Assembly: GCA_951406725.2 (NCBI GenBank)
Contig: OX597814.1
Location: 62,806,001-62,870,000 of the forward strand
DNA: 64,000 nucleotides
Source: Octopus vulgaris
Lineage: Eukaryota
Direction of reading: 5' to 3'
Made by a program: the position numbers and the translations under genes. The notes under the pieces were generated by a model. It had not been told where the DNA came from, searched no databases, and saw only the letters and a program-made list of their open reading frames with translations. This document shows positions 1 through 13,602 of the stretch, piece by piece (within the stretch, counting starts at the first letter, position 1; every line of letters begins with the position of its first letter).

Positions 1-160
1 AACGCCATGCATCCATTTCCAACTCACTTGGACCACACTTTTATTTTAACCATTTCCATGCAACTCCACTATATACTGTTTTTTCCCCCATCTTTTTCTC
101 CTCTTGACTGTTTTCTATCTATTTGTCTATCTGTTTGTCTGTCTGTCTCTGTCTGTCTGT

Positions 161-191
<31 letters not shown>

Positions 192-685
192 AACCTCTTT
201 CTCTTTTTCCCTCTCTCGTTGCTCACATGTGACCATCATCCAACTTTTTTCCTCACGTGATCATCTTTCCTTTCCTTCAGAACTGCCCGAAGGAATGAAC
301 GTATTCTGTCTCTCTTTTCTATCTTTTCTCTTTTCAAAGGAAAAATTTCTCCAGCGTTCGCTATTTTACCCTGGTCCTGGACTAACGACCCTCCATGTTT
401 GTTTTGTTCGCTTTCCTTGTATGTCTCCACTGTCCTGGATTTGTTCCCAACTTCGACCCTCCATAAATCCCAAATTTGATTTTGTTACTTATGTGAGCAA
501 CTGTCTTCGAAGACTCATATTTTTGTTCGATGCTCGAAATGAGGAGTAGATAGTCAGCCGACAACTGATGAAGTTTTGTTCTTTGTGTTACTTGTCCTGT
601 TTTCCATTTGTTTCTCTCGTTGTTTGCGTATTGAACTCATTTGTTTTCGTATTTCATGTTGTTTACTGTTGGTGACATCCTGTAC

Positions 686-688
<3 letters not shown>
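1..688 (+). repeat. Interspersed repeat fragment, probably a PLE 3' region; related inverted copy at about 4690-4970
   Basis: Shares GGAGTAGAT...GACAACTGATGAAG...TTCTTTG with the reverse complement of 4800-4850. Both copies end at (TA)n. Confidence 0.45.
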
Positions 689-769
<81 letters not shown>

Positions 770-1139
770 CAGAGTAATTTCCGATCTCAGCGCGCCAAAG
801 TGAAGGCATTTGAACGATACACAAATATAATTTGTGGAGCTTTATACATGTTGGATTTCGGTCGAGCGCTCTGTATCTAGTTCTAGAAATTGTATTTCGT
901 AAACGACAGAATACGCTGACGATCTTGCAGATGTTTACGTAAATATTAACAAGTGAAACTAATTAGTACGTAGGTAATAGTTTTTTATTTCGTATATTTT
1001 CATTTGTCTTACTTATTTTTAAACTTTGGTTTTTTGCTGAATTTTTTCTTGAGAAGACATTCTTCGTGGTAAATGATGAGTTTGACGTCTATTTCTAGCA
1101 TACAGGCTGTCCACTATTAGTTGCCATTCCTCTAAATTT

Positions 1140-1197
<58 letters not shown>

Positions 1198-1224
1198 ACT
1201 ATTTTTTTTACTGTGATAAAATTG

Positions 1225-4200
1225 ATAGCGTGGTTTCGATCCTCAATAGTCAAATTTAACTTCAATATCAATTTTATCACAGTAAAACAATAGTTTTACT
1301 GTGACAAAAGAGTGACAGCAGTTACATTTGCCAGATGCCTTCGTCACTTGACACTTCTAATCTCTTCTATTTCACCAAAAGCTCGAATAGAGATAACAGG
1401 TACAACCAACGAAATCTATTGTTCTCAACAATATGTCTCTCCTTCTGACTAGTTTTGGATAGTTATAAAAACAAGAACTCTGTAAGCCAAAGTCCCCTCT
1501 GTGTCATGGCCTGTATGCCGAATAAAAGAAATTAGTGAGATCGACCATCCGTGTGTGTGAATGGACAACTAGGGTCATGGCCACAAGCAGGCAGTCACTA
1601 GAGACCAAACGGCCCGAGGAAAAAAAAGTTACAATCACCGACTATGCAAGACAACTTCCCTCGATTCTCTCACTTTCACTAACTCACTTTCTTTTCTTTG
1701 TAACATTACGATCTCTCTCTATATATATACTACTATGAGATCGTGTACACACCTCAGCCGAAATTAACACTTTTTAATTCGCATGCTTTTCCATTTACTA
1801 ATTATACATACCAACCCGTCGTGGTTTTGGATTTATATAAAGTAACGGTAAATAAAAATTTCTTTACAACTTCAATTATTGTTCATCTTTCATGTCTTAC
1901 TACATACCGTTCCAATAAATCTTTGCTGTTACAAACTGGTGACCCTCGACTTCAACTAAAAGCATTACCATTACCAACTGTTGAGCCTGAGTTAAAGAAT
2001 TCCAGCCTTCACCTTCGCATGAACAATTGTCACATCCATCGATTACACTGGTGACCCCGTCTAAAAGAATTTCTACTTCGTTCTAATGCTACATGCCGCT
2101 GAATTTTGCTGACTTCAAACTAAAAAACTACAGTCGTCATACCAACAGAGGAAAAGAATGATAACCTTTGTCACCACGGAGATGCGCCTTCGTTCCACTT
2201 GTTTCAGTTCGCGTAACAGAAAGCACTATACTGCAATGCAATCTACGATGTACTTCACTACAATGCAACCCAGCTGACACACAAAGAATTCGCTGACCAT
2301 GGAACCCCAATTTAACTGGAAGAAAATACGGAAGCCCGCACATCTAACCTCTTCGGCACACACATGCATTTCGTCTCGTTCCAACGTACAGACCCTGCTT
2401 TGTCCTCGAACTTTTGCACGTATATATGACTCTCAGCAACTCTTCTTCTTTGCATGCACATCTTTTCACTTTCAACTATTTTCAGCTAAATTTGTCATTT
2501 TTGCTTATTTTATTCTGTTCTATTTGCACTGTACACTTTCATTTGTTTGCAAGTTACAAATATTCTACGATGCACAGATTCTGCGACGACTCGTTTCACT
2601 AAAACAACTAAACTAATGTGCGTATCTTTTTGAATGTTCTATATTATTATTCATACTTTGCATGTACTTTTTTTTTCTTCGTTTACCTTGAAAATGTTTG
2701 TATTGTTACATACACACACGCATGCACCTTTCCTCAGCGCCTGGCCTTGCGCACGCATTTGCACACATTGTTCACACACACATATATGCTGACGCTGTCA
2801 CATTCATGCACCACACTATGCCTTTCTCACTTGTTTTTCATACTCCCTGCGCCCTTATAGACACAACTCGCCTCTGTAAGACCATAGGTCGGTCACGCAT
2901 ACATAGAGAAAACGCGCCAGCATGCCACACTTTTGCTCTTGCACGTTCAAGGCATTTAATACCGCAAGCATCGGCTGGCATATTCAGCACTGCCTTAATC
3001 ACTGGCATATTCAGCACTGTTTTGTTATCGCTGCACTAACATACTACCGCAGCCATAAGCCCTTTTGCACACACGCGCACGCGCACCTTTGTTATGCCTC
3101 TACAGCCTTGTTTTTCAACACGTCTGTGGCAGCTCAACTCTTTTCCCGACTCAATGCACGTCGAATGTTCACATGCTCTGCGCTCATTTTTAGAATAATT
3201 TCCCTCTGTTAGATCCCTGTTTAATCACGTAATGAATGGAGAAAATTACCTGACTCGCGCATCACTCCAGCATGCTACACTGTCGTTCTTGTTAACTTCA
3301 GAAATTAACCACGACAAAAGCGCCAGATGCATTTCTGAAAAATCTTCAAGGCATTTCACACATTGCAATCCTGCAGGAAAATCTTCGATATCATAGATTG
3401 AGAATACACTCACTCGCTCACCTGAGCTTATTTTACAGTGAATTTTGATACGTGCACCTGCACTCGTGTATACGCCCTCTCGTGCACTAACGCGCTAACT
3501 CATTTTCCCTACTGCCCAGTCACTGACTGCACATCCTGGAACGCAAAATGACACCGGTATTCAGACTCACTTGAATAAATATCTATCCCGTACACACTTC
3601 AATGATCCTCTCTCGTGATATGCAAATTTTTTCCTTAACCATGTATTTCTTTCTCTTCCTCTCTCGTTCGTTTCCTTTTCTCGGAACTTCTCTGGGCGGG
3701 GGTGGGGTGATGTCGTGGCTTCATGCAGGCATAGCGTGGATCCAATCCTCGATAGCGAAATTTCACTTAACATTTCAACAGCACTATTCTCCCTGTAAAA
3801 TAATAGTTTTTCTGTGAGTGACAGCAGTTACATTTGCCAAATGTAAGAAGCAATAGCAACACTTCGCTAAGCAGAATAATGTCCACTTGACACTTCTAAC
3901 TTCTTCTATTTCACCAAAAGTTAGAATAGAGATAACATGTACGACTAACGAAATCTATTGTTCTCAACAGTATGTCTCTGCTTTTGACTAGTTTTGGATA
4001 GTTATAAAAACAAGAACTCAGTAAGCCAAAGTCAGTTAGTGAGTCCCCTCTGTGTCATTGGCCTGTATGCCGAATAAAAGAAATTAGTTCGTGAGAGCGA
4101 CCATCAGTGAGTGTGAACGGGCAACTAAGGTCATGGCCACAAACAGGCAGCCACTAGAGACCAAACGGCCTGAGGAAAAGAGAAAGTTTCTCTGTAACAT

Positions 4201-4422
4201 TACCATATCACTCTCTATATACTACTATGATATTGTTTACAGACCCCAGTTGAAATTAACTCTTTTTACTTCGCATGCTTTTCCATTTACTAACTATGCA
4301 TACCAATCAGTCGTTGTTTTGGAGTTATATAAAGTAAAGTTATATAAAAATATCTTTACAACTTCAATTACTGTTCATCTTTCACATCTTACAACATACA
4401 GGTGCAATAAATCTTTGCCATT

Positions 4423-4425
<3 letters not shown>
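1225..4425 (+). mobile_element. Non-autonomous LTR retroelement (diverged LTRs about 1225-1933 and 3711-4425, PBS, PPT, no gag/pol ORF)
   Basis: Long direct repeats, e.g. AGTGACAGCAGTTACATTTGCCA, CACTAGAGACCAAACGGCC and AATAAATCTTTGC..TTACA. The 3' LTR runs TG...CA. PBS TGGTGACCCTCGAC at 1937; purine-rich tract GGGCGGGGGTGGGGTGA at 3694-3710. Confidence 0.85.
1937..1950 (+). promoter_or_regulatory. Primer-binding site complementary to tRNA-Trp 3' end (second copy at about 2048)
   Basis: TGGTGACCCTCGAC lies 3 nt after the LTR end TTACA. The eukaryotic tRNA-Trp 3' end predicts TGGTGACCCCGAC. Confidence 0.7.
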
Positions 4426-4487
<62 letters not shown>

Positions 4488-4582
4488 AACCTTACTTGGA
4501 AAAGGATGCGTGGCGTTCGATCATATAATAATTTAAATAATATATAAATATATGCATATATACATAAATATATGTACATACC

Positions 4583-4673
<91 letters not shown>

Positions 4674-5018
4674 CCATATATGGGTACAGGACATAAAAAA
4701 AAACGTTGAACACAATGAGAAACGAAAACATAAAAACAAAACGTAGAAACGAACATCTTTTCGAACAACGAAAAAAAAAAACCCCAGAGAAACGAGACAT
4801 GCAACAAAGAATATTCCTCTTCATCAGTTGTCCCTGTTTCATCTACTCCACGTTTTGGAGGCAAGAACAAGACGCGACTGAATTGAAACAGTTCTTCCCG
4901 CAAAGCAAATTAGATAAAATTTGGAATTTTTTGCGGAGGGTGAAAGTGGTAACAAGAACAGGACAGTGAGAACAAAACAGTATATGTATATGTATGTATG
5001 CATCGATCTATCTCTCTG

Positions 5019-5131
<113 letters not shown>

Positions 5132-5312
5132 GTATTGTATTTTGAGTTTCAGCCAGAGGCTGTGGTCAAGCTGGGCTACCGCTGAAACCAAGTGATTGGG
5201 AAACTAACTCGTTACATATATACGTATATGTGCTACAGTGTGCATGTGAGTGTATGTACGAATACACATGTGTGTATGTGTGTGTTTATATATATATATA
5301 TATATATATATA

Positions 5313-5763
5313 CCGTAAATCTTTGAGTATAGTCCGCCCTTGTGTATAATACACACCCCTTCTCTAACTTGAGTCAAAGAGGTCTATATAACGTCCTTGG
5401 TTTGTAAAAATGTATACGGTAACGTCCTTTATTATTATTATATATATAACATAATGCAAACGTGTAGCATTTTTGTGCATTTTGTTTGCAGAAAATAAAG
5501 AAATAACAGTAATAACGTTTAATAAATGTTGCTTACTGCAAGTTATGGATGATTCTTTTATGACTTCATTGCTTTCAGGCCTAGCTTAAGGTATTTTCGC
5601 GCCCGACATCACGAAATGCGTCTGAATAAACATTGCCGGACAGCAAGTAGAGACTCGGACATTGCTTAGAAAATAATTTTCATTTTTAACCTCGTGTATA
5701 ATACGCACTAGGGATTTTGACCTTTAAATTTTCGGAAAAAATGCGGATTATACTCGAGGATTT

Positions 5764-5764
<1 letters not shown>
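5313..5764. mobile_element. Non-autonomous pogo/Tigger-like DNA transposon (MITE) in (TA)n
   Basis: Terminal inverted repeats (TIRs): (TA)CCGTAAATCTTTGAGTATAGTCCGC versus GCGGATTATACTCGAGGATTTA, 19/22 matching. Confidence 0.7.
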
Positions 5765-5804
<40 letters not shown>

Positions 5805-5836
5805 TTTATTTAAAGCAGCAGAAAATTCAACAAAAT

Positions 5837-5874
5837 CTGTTACTCTGAGTTTCTCGTTGCCGTTCATCAGACAG
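5837..5874 (-). ncRNA. Minimal type I hammerhead ribozyme motif (PLE terminus)
   Basis: Minus strand reads CTGT-CTGATGA-ACG(GCAA)CGA-GAAACTCAGAGTA-ACAG: intact core, 4-bp stem I, near-palindromic stem III, GUA site. Confidence 0.7.
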
Positions 5875-6379
5875 TTTTTGCTAGAATGGAACCAATATAT
5901 CAATTCAATCCAGACTCTTACAAACGCGACACCTTTAAAAAAATGGACGGTCAATCTTCAAGCGATAAACAAAAAATGAGCTCAAAAATATATGTATATA
6001 TATATAAAATAAATTATAAAAATTATAAAATTCGAGGAAAACCTTACATTGAATAAAATACATATTGACGTTAATGAAGAAAAAAATCTAATTAATGCAT
6101 GGAAATTAAAACTTATTATAAATATTACACTGCAATACATATTCATATTAAAGTGTACATATATATATCAACATACACAGAAGAATGCGTGCAAACTCCA
6201 TACATATACAGACGTATAAATATAAATCTAAAATATACACACAAATGCATGCATACATATATGTACGCAATCTATCTTGCACACAAGTTAAAATCATCGA
6301 TGTAGCGTTTTTTTATTTACGGAGTAAAGCTTAAGTAAGGGAGACGTAAAGTTGTATCAGTATCAGTTATAGAAGAACC

Positions 6380-6631
6380 TTGAAGGTTAGCTATTCTTGT
6401 TGCAGAAATTTCGCCTCTTACATTAGCCAGCATAATAGGAATCTGATTGAGATTAGACATGGTGCCGAGCCCATTAAGAAATGGAATTTCAAAAACGAAA
6501 ACTCCTGTCCGTTAGAAGGGAAATGTCTAGTGAAAGGAGTAGTTTATAGAGCCAAGGTGCAAATAGAAGGCTCATCGGAATACAAGACATATACAGGGGC
6601 TTCAGAAAATTCATTTAAAACACGATGTTAA
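6380..6631 (+). pseudogene. Penelope-like RT-linker/GIY-YIG fragment
   Basis: KVSYSC..NF...ISQHN...SCPLEGKCL.KGVVYRAKV......KTYTGASEN.FKTR is the typical PLE endonuclease N-terminal motif. Truncated. Confidence 0.8.
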
Positions 6632-6703
6632 CATGGTGTTAAATTGATGGTATTATTAAATTAATAGCAAATTTTTCACCCTCATTTATATATATATATA
6701 TAT

Positions 6704-7115
6704 ACTCTTTTACTCTTTTACTTGTTTCAGTTATTTTGACTGCGGCCATGCTGGAGCACCGCCTTCTTTTTTTTTAATCGAGCAACTCGACCCCGGGACT
6801 TATTCTTTTGTAAGCCCAGTACTTATTCTATCGGTCTCTTTTGCCGAACCGCTAAGTAACGAGGACATAAACACACCAGCATTGGTTGTCAAGCAATGCT
6901 AGGGGGACAAACACAGATACACAAACACACACATGCATATATATACATATATACGACGGGGTTCTTTCAGTTTCCGCCTACCAAATCCACTCACAAGGCT
7001 TTGGTCGGCCCAAGGCTATAGTAGAAGACACTTGCCCAAGGTGTCACGCAGTGGTACTGAACCCGGAACCATGTGGTTGGTAAACAAGCTACTTACCGCA
7101 CAGCCACTCCTGCGC
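6704..7115 (-). mobile_element. tRNA-derived SINE family A, full length
   Basis: Head GCGCAGGAGTGGCTGTGCGGTAAG...GGTTCCGGGTTCAGT, central CCTTGGGCAAGTGTCTT, tail ...CAGCATGGCCGCAGTCAAAATAACTGAAACAAGTAAAAGAG. Near-identical to 27306-27712. Confidence 0.9.
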
Positions 7116-7118
7116 ATG

Positions 7119-7189
<71 letters not shown>

Positions 7190-7326
7190 CTGTAAACTTA
7201 TATACAATATATATACTGAACTTTACAGAAGTTCCTGCCGGTAATCGGCTATATTTACATACCGAATTCTACTAGTAAATAATTGGGTTTTTTTTAAAAG
7301 CCTTTATAGAAATTATTTACTCTTAT

Positions 7327-7368
<42 letters not shown>

Positions 7369-7864
7369 GCGGGTATATGCATATATGTATGTATACACAT
7401 CTCATCCAAACACTTACACATACATATGTCCATTTAGCTTATAGAGAAGAGGAAGTACTCAAGGGAATAAATAATCTGAGATATTCTTGGCTATCGCTTA
7501 TCTCCCTCATTATCTCTTCCTCCCTCCCTCACTCCCTCCCACATACACTCACTTACTCACTCACTCACTCACTCACTCTCTCTCGCTTTCTCTCCCACAC
7601 TCGCGCGTGCGTATACACGCACGCACACATACATGCATACACATACCCCCACCGTCCATGTAAGAAATGCGTGTGTGTGTGTGTGTGCGTTCAATATATG
7701 AGGGTGTATTACGCATTCATCTCTGATGTGTATGTTTGAGGTTCCACCTTGCCCACGATGCAAAGTCGATATTAAAAGAGGATGCAGGCCGATGCTGTTG
7801 TGCGAAACGATGATGTTGCCGGTGAGCTCTACTATACGCACATACGCACTCGAACGAACACACA

Positions 7865-7925
<61 letters not shown>

Positions 7926-7992
7926 TCTCACACAAATGCACACACACACAGACACTCACATACATGCTCACATGTTTATATTTATACGCATA

Positions 7993-8174
7993 TACGAAGG
8001 CGTGCTGAAAAGTCCCTGGTTTTGGTTTAAAGAAAATACAGGAGGGTTGCTTTATTATGATTTTATTCAACATCTTCACCTCTCAGATTCACTCATTTAT
8101 TGCAGCTGTCCTTCAGTTTTTCTAAGACCTGTAAAAGAACTTTGAAGGTTGGGCTTCCAGCCAGGCCTTTCGCG

Positions 8175-8175
<1 letters not shown>
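7993..8175 (+). mobile_element. Mariner-like terminal remnant
   Basis: Starts TACGAAGGCGTGCTGAAAAGT, resembling mariner TIRs, and sits inside CA/TA repeats. No partner TIR seen. Confidence 0.4.
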
Positions 8176-8226
<51 letters not shown>

Positions 8227-8474
8227 CCACACACACATACACACACACACACATACATACATACAGACTGACATACATACATATACATGATATACGCGCG
8301 CTAAAATATATACATATATTTGACAGAAGTTACGGAACGACTCAATGGATGAGTCTCGTACATTTGCATACACACACACACACACACGCACACACACACA
8401 TACACATATATATATATATATTTACGTACAAACACACTCAAACTTACACAAACATATATATATATATAAACATG

Positions 8475-8530
<56 letters not shown>

Positions 8531-8532
8531 CA

Positions 8533-8562
<30 letters not shown>

Positions 8563-8566
<4 letters not shown>

Positions 8567-8782
8567 TAAACAGTAAAAATAATTACAGACATGGACAAGA
8601 ACATGAAACACCACAGAGACGACACAAGAACCACAGGACGGGACATTCGAAGCCCTCAGTCATCAGTCAAGAACCAGATCATCTTAGCAATTTCGGCTGA
8701 TTAATCTTGAGATTGCTCCGATATGGCCAGCCAGCCAAGGGAAATCTAAGCCAAGCGCATTAGATCCCCTGGAAGAAAGCTT
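8563..8782 (-). repeat. Short interspersed insertion between (TA)n tracts, possibly a PLE terminus
   Basis: Complex sequence island with minus-strand CTGATGACTGAGGGCTTCGAA, flanked by duplicated sequence. Confidence 0.35.
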
Positions 8783-8804
8783 ATATATATATATACATGC
8801 ATAC

Positions 8805-8865
<61 letters not shown>

Positions 8866-8965
8866 CGTACAAACACACTCAAACTTACACAAACATATAT
8901 ATATATAAACATGCATACATATATATATATATATATTATATATATATATATACATACATGCATAC

Positions 8966-9057
<92 letters not shown>

Positions 9058-9311
9058 GTCTGTGTGTGTTTGTACGTAAATATATATTGTATGTATAGCT
9101 ATGTATAATGGAAGATGAAAGTGTAAGGCTATGATAGGAAAAGAAAAAAAATCGGTAAAAAGGAAAGGAACAATAAGCAAGAGCGAAAAATAATGAAATA
9201 ATGAAAAATGTAAGAAGCAATAGCCACCATAGCAGTTAGAGGAACAATAGCTACATTAGTAATAGCTATGGCAGTACTGGCAGCAGTAGCAGCAGCAGCA
9301 GTCGCGGTCGC

Positions 9312-9351
<40 letters not shown>

Positions 9352-10271
9352 ATGGTGGTGGTGTTGGATGTGGTTGTGGTGGTTGTGGTGGTGGTGGTGG
9401 TAGTAGTAGTTGTAACGTCCTACTCTTTTCTCGCTACTGTTTTGTTGCACTTTCACATCAATTACGTTTGTGGCCGCTGATGCCCTTGAAGTAGGAAAGA
9501 AAAGGCATTAACGTCACTCATTCACGTACCCCGTCTCCTCCTTCTTCTCTTTTCCCTTCCCACCTCTTTCTTTCTCTCTCTCTTTCTCTCTCTCTCTTTT
9601 CTGTAAATAAATATTGTTGTGCCTTGCACCATGTTCTGCCTAAGAACTCGCATCCATCATCATAGTCATCATCGTTTATCGTCGTCGTCATCATGATCAT
9701 GATCATTATCATCATCATCATCATCACCACCACCACCACCATCACCATCATTATCACCATCGTCATCATCATAGACTACCCCTCTTCCACCTCCTTCTCA
9801 TCGTCGTCGTCGTCGTCGTCGTCATCACCGTCATTATCAGCGGCTGTAGTGAAAAGTGGCAGGGGTGGACGAGGGTGTAAGAGGAGCAGGGAGAGTAAAG
9901 AGGGGGGAAAAAAGAAAGAAAAAAGAGCGAAGATAGATTAAGAATGTAAGAGAAAGAATGGAGAGTGTGAAAGAGAGACAGAGTGAGGGGGAACACCGAG
10001 AGAAAACAAGAGAGAATGAGAGAGAGTGAGAGAGAGTGAGAGAAAGAGAGGATGCCTAACGTTGGTGGTGTTGCGTGAGTACAAAACGGCAGAGATAGTC
10101 GGTTTTCTTTATAAGGCGTGGATTAAGACATTATGTGGTCGTCTAAGAGTAGAAACAAGACCAGCGTTAGACCCAAATGGAAGGACATTAAACTATATGA
10201 GGTTTGTCTTCGTCTTTGCAACACTATTTTAAACAGAAATCGTCATCGTTATCATCATTAACATCATTAAC

Positions 10272-10330
<59 letters not shown>

Positions 10331-10463
10331 CTTATTATTATTATTATTATCATCATCTATATTTTTTATCATTACTATTATTCCTATTGCTTGTTTTATT
10401 TTTATAAAATGGAATGGACATTTGGTTGTCCTGGTGGTGATACACAACGAAGATGAGAAAGAC

Positions 10464-10524
<61 letters not shown>

Positions 10525-10647
10525 ATAATAATAATAATACTAAAAAAACAATGGGTTGCTTATAATTCTGTGACATCGCTCACGCGCATGAAAGAAAAGA
10601 GCTTGTTTATTTTTATGTCTGGCTCTTCCTCTCGTTGTGATTCTGAA

Positions 10648-10688
<41 letters not shown>

Positions 10689-10788
10689 GAGTATATCCCT
10701 GTATCTCTCCATCTTTTATTGTCCCTGTATTCGTTTCTCTTTGTCTATCTGTCAGTTTCTGTTTGCTTATGTGTATGTATATATGTAT

Positions 10789-10896
<108 letters not shown>

Positions 10897-11026
10897 ACTG
10901 TATATGTGTTTGTGTGTATATATACCTCTTACTCTTTCTAAATTGTTCACTATTTGTCTATATTTATATCTGCTGGTTGGTATGTATGCATGCCTCTGTC
11001 TGTTTGTCTGTGTCTGTATCTTTCTG

Positions 11027-11061
<35 letters not shown>

Positions 11062-11691
11062 ATCTATCTATCTATCTCTCTGTTTTCTCTCTCACTCTCT
11101 CAATTTCACTCTATTTTCTATCAGTCTCTGTCTTTGTCTGTCTGTCTGTCAGTCTCTCTCTCTCTCTTTCTCTCTCCTCCAGTCTTAGCCTTTCTTTCCG
11201 TCGGTCCGCTGTCTCACAGTTAGTCCGCCGGTATCTCTATCACTCTGTCGGTGTCTCTCTCCCTCTCTCTCCTTCTCATCCACTCACTGACTTTCTATCT
11301 CTATTTTTCGCATCAAATACAAACTAAACATACGTTACTGAAACAGTATAGGATGGATTTATAGAAAGATACGCAAATGATGTATGTGTGTATGTATGTA
11401 CGCTTGTGTATGTATGTATCTGTGTGTATGTATGTATGAATGTTTGTATGTATTTTGTGTATGTATGTATGTGCGTATGCATGTATGTATGTGTGTATGT
11501 ATCTGTGTATGTATGTATGAGTGCATGTATGTGTGTATGAATGTATGCACGCATGCATGCATGTATGTATGTATGTATGTATGTATGTATTCATGTGTGT
11601 GTCTGTCTGTCTGTATGTATGTATATGTGTATATATGTATTACGCTCATATATATGCATGTGCATTTGTATGAATGCACGTATGTATATAC

Positions 11692-11962
11692 GCCTGTGCT
11701 TATCAAACGGGGACCATATGACCCTTTCGGGACCCATACAAGAGTTTGTTATTGAAATTTATGTGCAATTGATTAGTTGTACTTCAACAATACAAAAAAA
11801 TATTTTAACTAGTTCTTTTTTTTTTATAGAATTCATAATAATATCTAAATTCTAAAAATATAGTAAGATTTTTTTAAAACATCAAATGTCCATGAATGTA
11901 CAATCAAATAAAATAGGAATCGCAGGGGTACACAGACTAAAAAAAAACATTGGGAACCGCTG
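11692..11962. mobile_element. Degraded hAT-like MITE (related copies at about 29053-29230 and 54332-54458)
   Basis: Ends in GGGAACCGCTG. Internal GGGGACCATATGACCC and ATT.GTT..AC...ACAA.A..AAATATTT are shared with the 29053 copy, which starts CAGTAGTTCTGAACC. Confidence 0.5.
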
Positions 11963-12216
11963 ATGCGCATGTTTAACTACATACATGTTTATCTATTTAA
12001 GTGTATACGAATACATGTTTGAAAGGATGGACGTGTTGCATGAATGTATGCTTGTATGGGTGTGTGTGTATCTGTATGCACATATGCATATACGTATGTG
12101 TGTAGCTATGTAGCTCTGTCTGTATGTCTATCCGTCTGTCTGTCTTTCTGTCTAAATAACTACCTACATAGAAAGATAGATACACACACATACACACATA
12201 CATACATACATACAAT

Positions 12217-12309
<93 letters not shown>

Positions 12310-12875
12310 GTATTAACATCGAAATTTATTTGTATGTAAATGAGCACAATTATACATATACACTCGCATATAAACCAATTACTAGATGTTTTAACACGTG
12401 TGTGTCCGTGTTTGCATGCATGCGTGTGTGTGTGTATGTGTGTGTGTGTGTGTGTTTGTGTGTCTGTGTGTCTGTGGTTGTGTGTATGCCTGTGTGTTTG
12501 ATTGGTTTATTATGTATAAATATTTACAGAGAAACAGCGTGTGAGATAGATGGACAGTGTTTGGCAGATAGACTAACAGAATTCTCGAAATGCTGGTCAC
12601 ACACACTTCACACGACTAACATGAATACAAAGATGACAAAGACTCAGAAAATATACATCTCTTATTTTATGCTGCATTCACATGTACTTCATATACACTT
12701 GTTCATCATCCGCTTCGTTCTTCTCTCGCTCTCTCTTTCCCTGTCTATCTGTCTTTCTGTCTTCTTCCTCACTTTCTGCGTATACATACATACCTAAATG
12801 TGTGTGTTCTTGCAAAACATGCCCATATACAAACATACAAACATGCACCTGTATACGCACGTAAATTACATATTT

Positions 12876-12920
<45 letters not shown>

Positions 12921-13080
12921 ATGTGTGTGTGCGCGCGCGTGTTTGTGTGTGTATGTGTGTGTGTGTGTTTGTGTATGTGTGTGTATGTGTTTGTGTATGT
13001 GTGTGTGTGTGTGCTGGGGTTCTGTATATGGTGTCTCTAAAAGGCCACAGTCCTGTGACTGAAACAACTAAAAGATATAG

Positions 13081-13135
<55 letters not shown>

Positions 13136-13177
13136 TACTCACATATATATGTTTATATATATATATGTATATATACA

Positions 13178-13227
<50 letters not shown>

Positions 13228-13389
13228 ACATATATGTACACACACACACACATATATGAGAGAGAGTCAGTTTGTGCAAGCAGCGGGTGTACATATTTAC
13301 GTACATGCATGCGCACACACACAAGTTTACATACATATGTAGGTACAAACATACATAAATGCATACATATATGTGTATGTATATATATA

Positions 13390-13544
<155 letters not shown>

Positions 13545-13556
13545 AGCATATATATG

Positions 13557-13602
<46 letters not shown>

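Noticed and set aside
530-575. Hammerhead at CTGATGAAG (also 4820-4830 minus, 8655-8668 minus, 38582, 38777, 42161)
   Set aside because: I could not build a full core with GAAA and paired stems.
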